Part shown: positions 31,836 through 32,000 of the stretch, piece after piece
How the letters are laid out: each line of letters begins with the position of its first letter
How positions within the stretch are numbered: the first letter of the stretch is position 1
Assembly: GCF_000698785.1 (NCBI RefSeq)
Contig: NZ_CP007536.1
Span: 630,001-662,000 of the forward strand
Length of the DNA: 32,000 nt
Source of the DNA: Nitrososphaera viennensis EN76
GTDB lineage: Archaea; Thermoproteota; Nitrososphaeria; Nitrososphaerales; Nitrososphaeraceae
Direction: 5' to 3'
The notes under the pieces: generated by a model
The model's database searches: none
The model's input: only the letters and a program-made list of their open reading frames with translations
Told to the model about the DNA's origin: nothing
Translations under genes and position numbers: made by a program

Positions 31836-32000
31836 TCAGGCGATGTGGCTTGGCGACGGCCTTTCCTGCGACGCAGCGGCTCCGGACACCTGGCTTTTTG
31901 GCATCGTAAATCGCTTGTCGGCAGGTATGATGTAGACCTTGACCGCCGAGTTGACCGCGTAGTGCGGCGTGCCGTCCGGGTTTCTGTAGTTGGTTGCAAT
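31836..32000 (-). CDS. C-terminal end of an unidentified protein (gene begins beyond the right window edge)
   Basis: The reverse-strand frame starting at 32000 is open for 54 codons to TGA (31838..31836): IATNYRNPDGTPHYAVNSAVKVYIIPADKRFTMPKSQVSGAAASQERPSPSHIA. Its composition looks protein-like. The track ORF 31700..31999 in another frame is Arg/Thr/Ser-rich and overlaps the IPK start. Confidence 0.45.
   Translation of the reverse strand: MATNYRNPDGTPHYAVNSAVKVYIIPADKRFTMPKSQVSGAAASQERPSPSHIA

Noticed and set aside
31700-31999. 99-aa minus-strand ORF from the track at the right edge
   Set aside because: It is Arg/Thr/Ser-rich and overlaps the IPK start and promoter. A different frame (31836..32000) gives a more protein-like C-terminal sequence ending before the promoter, and that frame was annotated instead, at modest confidence.
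1-32000. Search for CRISPR arrays, IS elements, integrases, toxin-antitoxin pairs and rRNA
   Set aside because: There are no regularly spaced direct repeats and no transposase or integrase-like ORFs. There are no terminal inverted repeats beyond short operator-size palindromes, and no rRNA-like sequence. The PIN domain present is fused to an ATPase-KH protein, not a VapC toxin.

Overview
This is a gene-dense archaeal chromosomal segment. I call about 43 protein-coding genes (two run off the window edges), one frameshifted gene, one tRNA-Ala(GGC) and one orphan tRNA 3' fragment. I saw no rRNA, CRISPR array, transposase or integrase. Archaeal hallmarks include isopentenyl phosphate kinase, type-2 IPP isomerase, GGPP synthase, type-2 methionine aminopeptidase, Cdc48/VAT, archaeal-type GluRS, a PIN-ATPase-KH protein and a COG1340-like coiled-coil protein. 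TATA-like boxes sit 22-32 nt upstream of many start codons. The moderately high G+C and gene content suggest a Nitrososphaera-like thaumarchaeon, but this is a low-confidence inference with no search run. Many long ORFs in the supplied track are antisense shadow ORFs and were rejected, and several track starts (TTG/GTG, longest ORF) were re-evaluated. The main second-look items are: (1) a tight three-gene operon of a UbiE/MenG-like methyltransferase, a 7-TM protein and a UbiC/DUF98-like protein, divergent from a small atypical kinase-like gene; (2) an arginase-family gene split by a 1-nt frameshift in a C4/G4 run; (3) an operon of a Cys-rich small protein, a DUF1512-like protein and a zinc ribbon; (4) a B12-binding-like radical SAM enzyme; (5) a lower-GC islet bounded by tRNA-Ala and a same-orientation tRNA 3' fragment; (6) an orphan, divergent P-II protein lacking canonical T-loop and ATP-contact residues; (7) an IPK-IDI2-GGPPS-GluRS-FAH array with 4-7 nt junctions. 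All functional calls rest on motif reading by eye. No database search was run.
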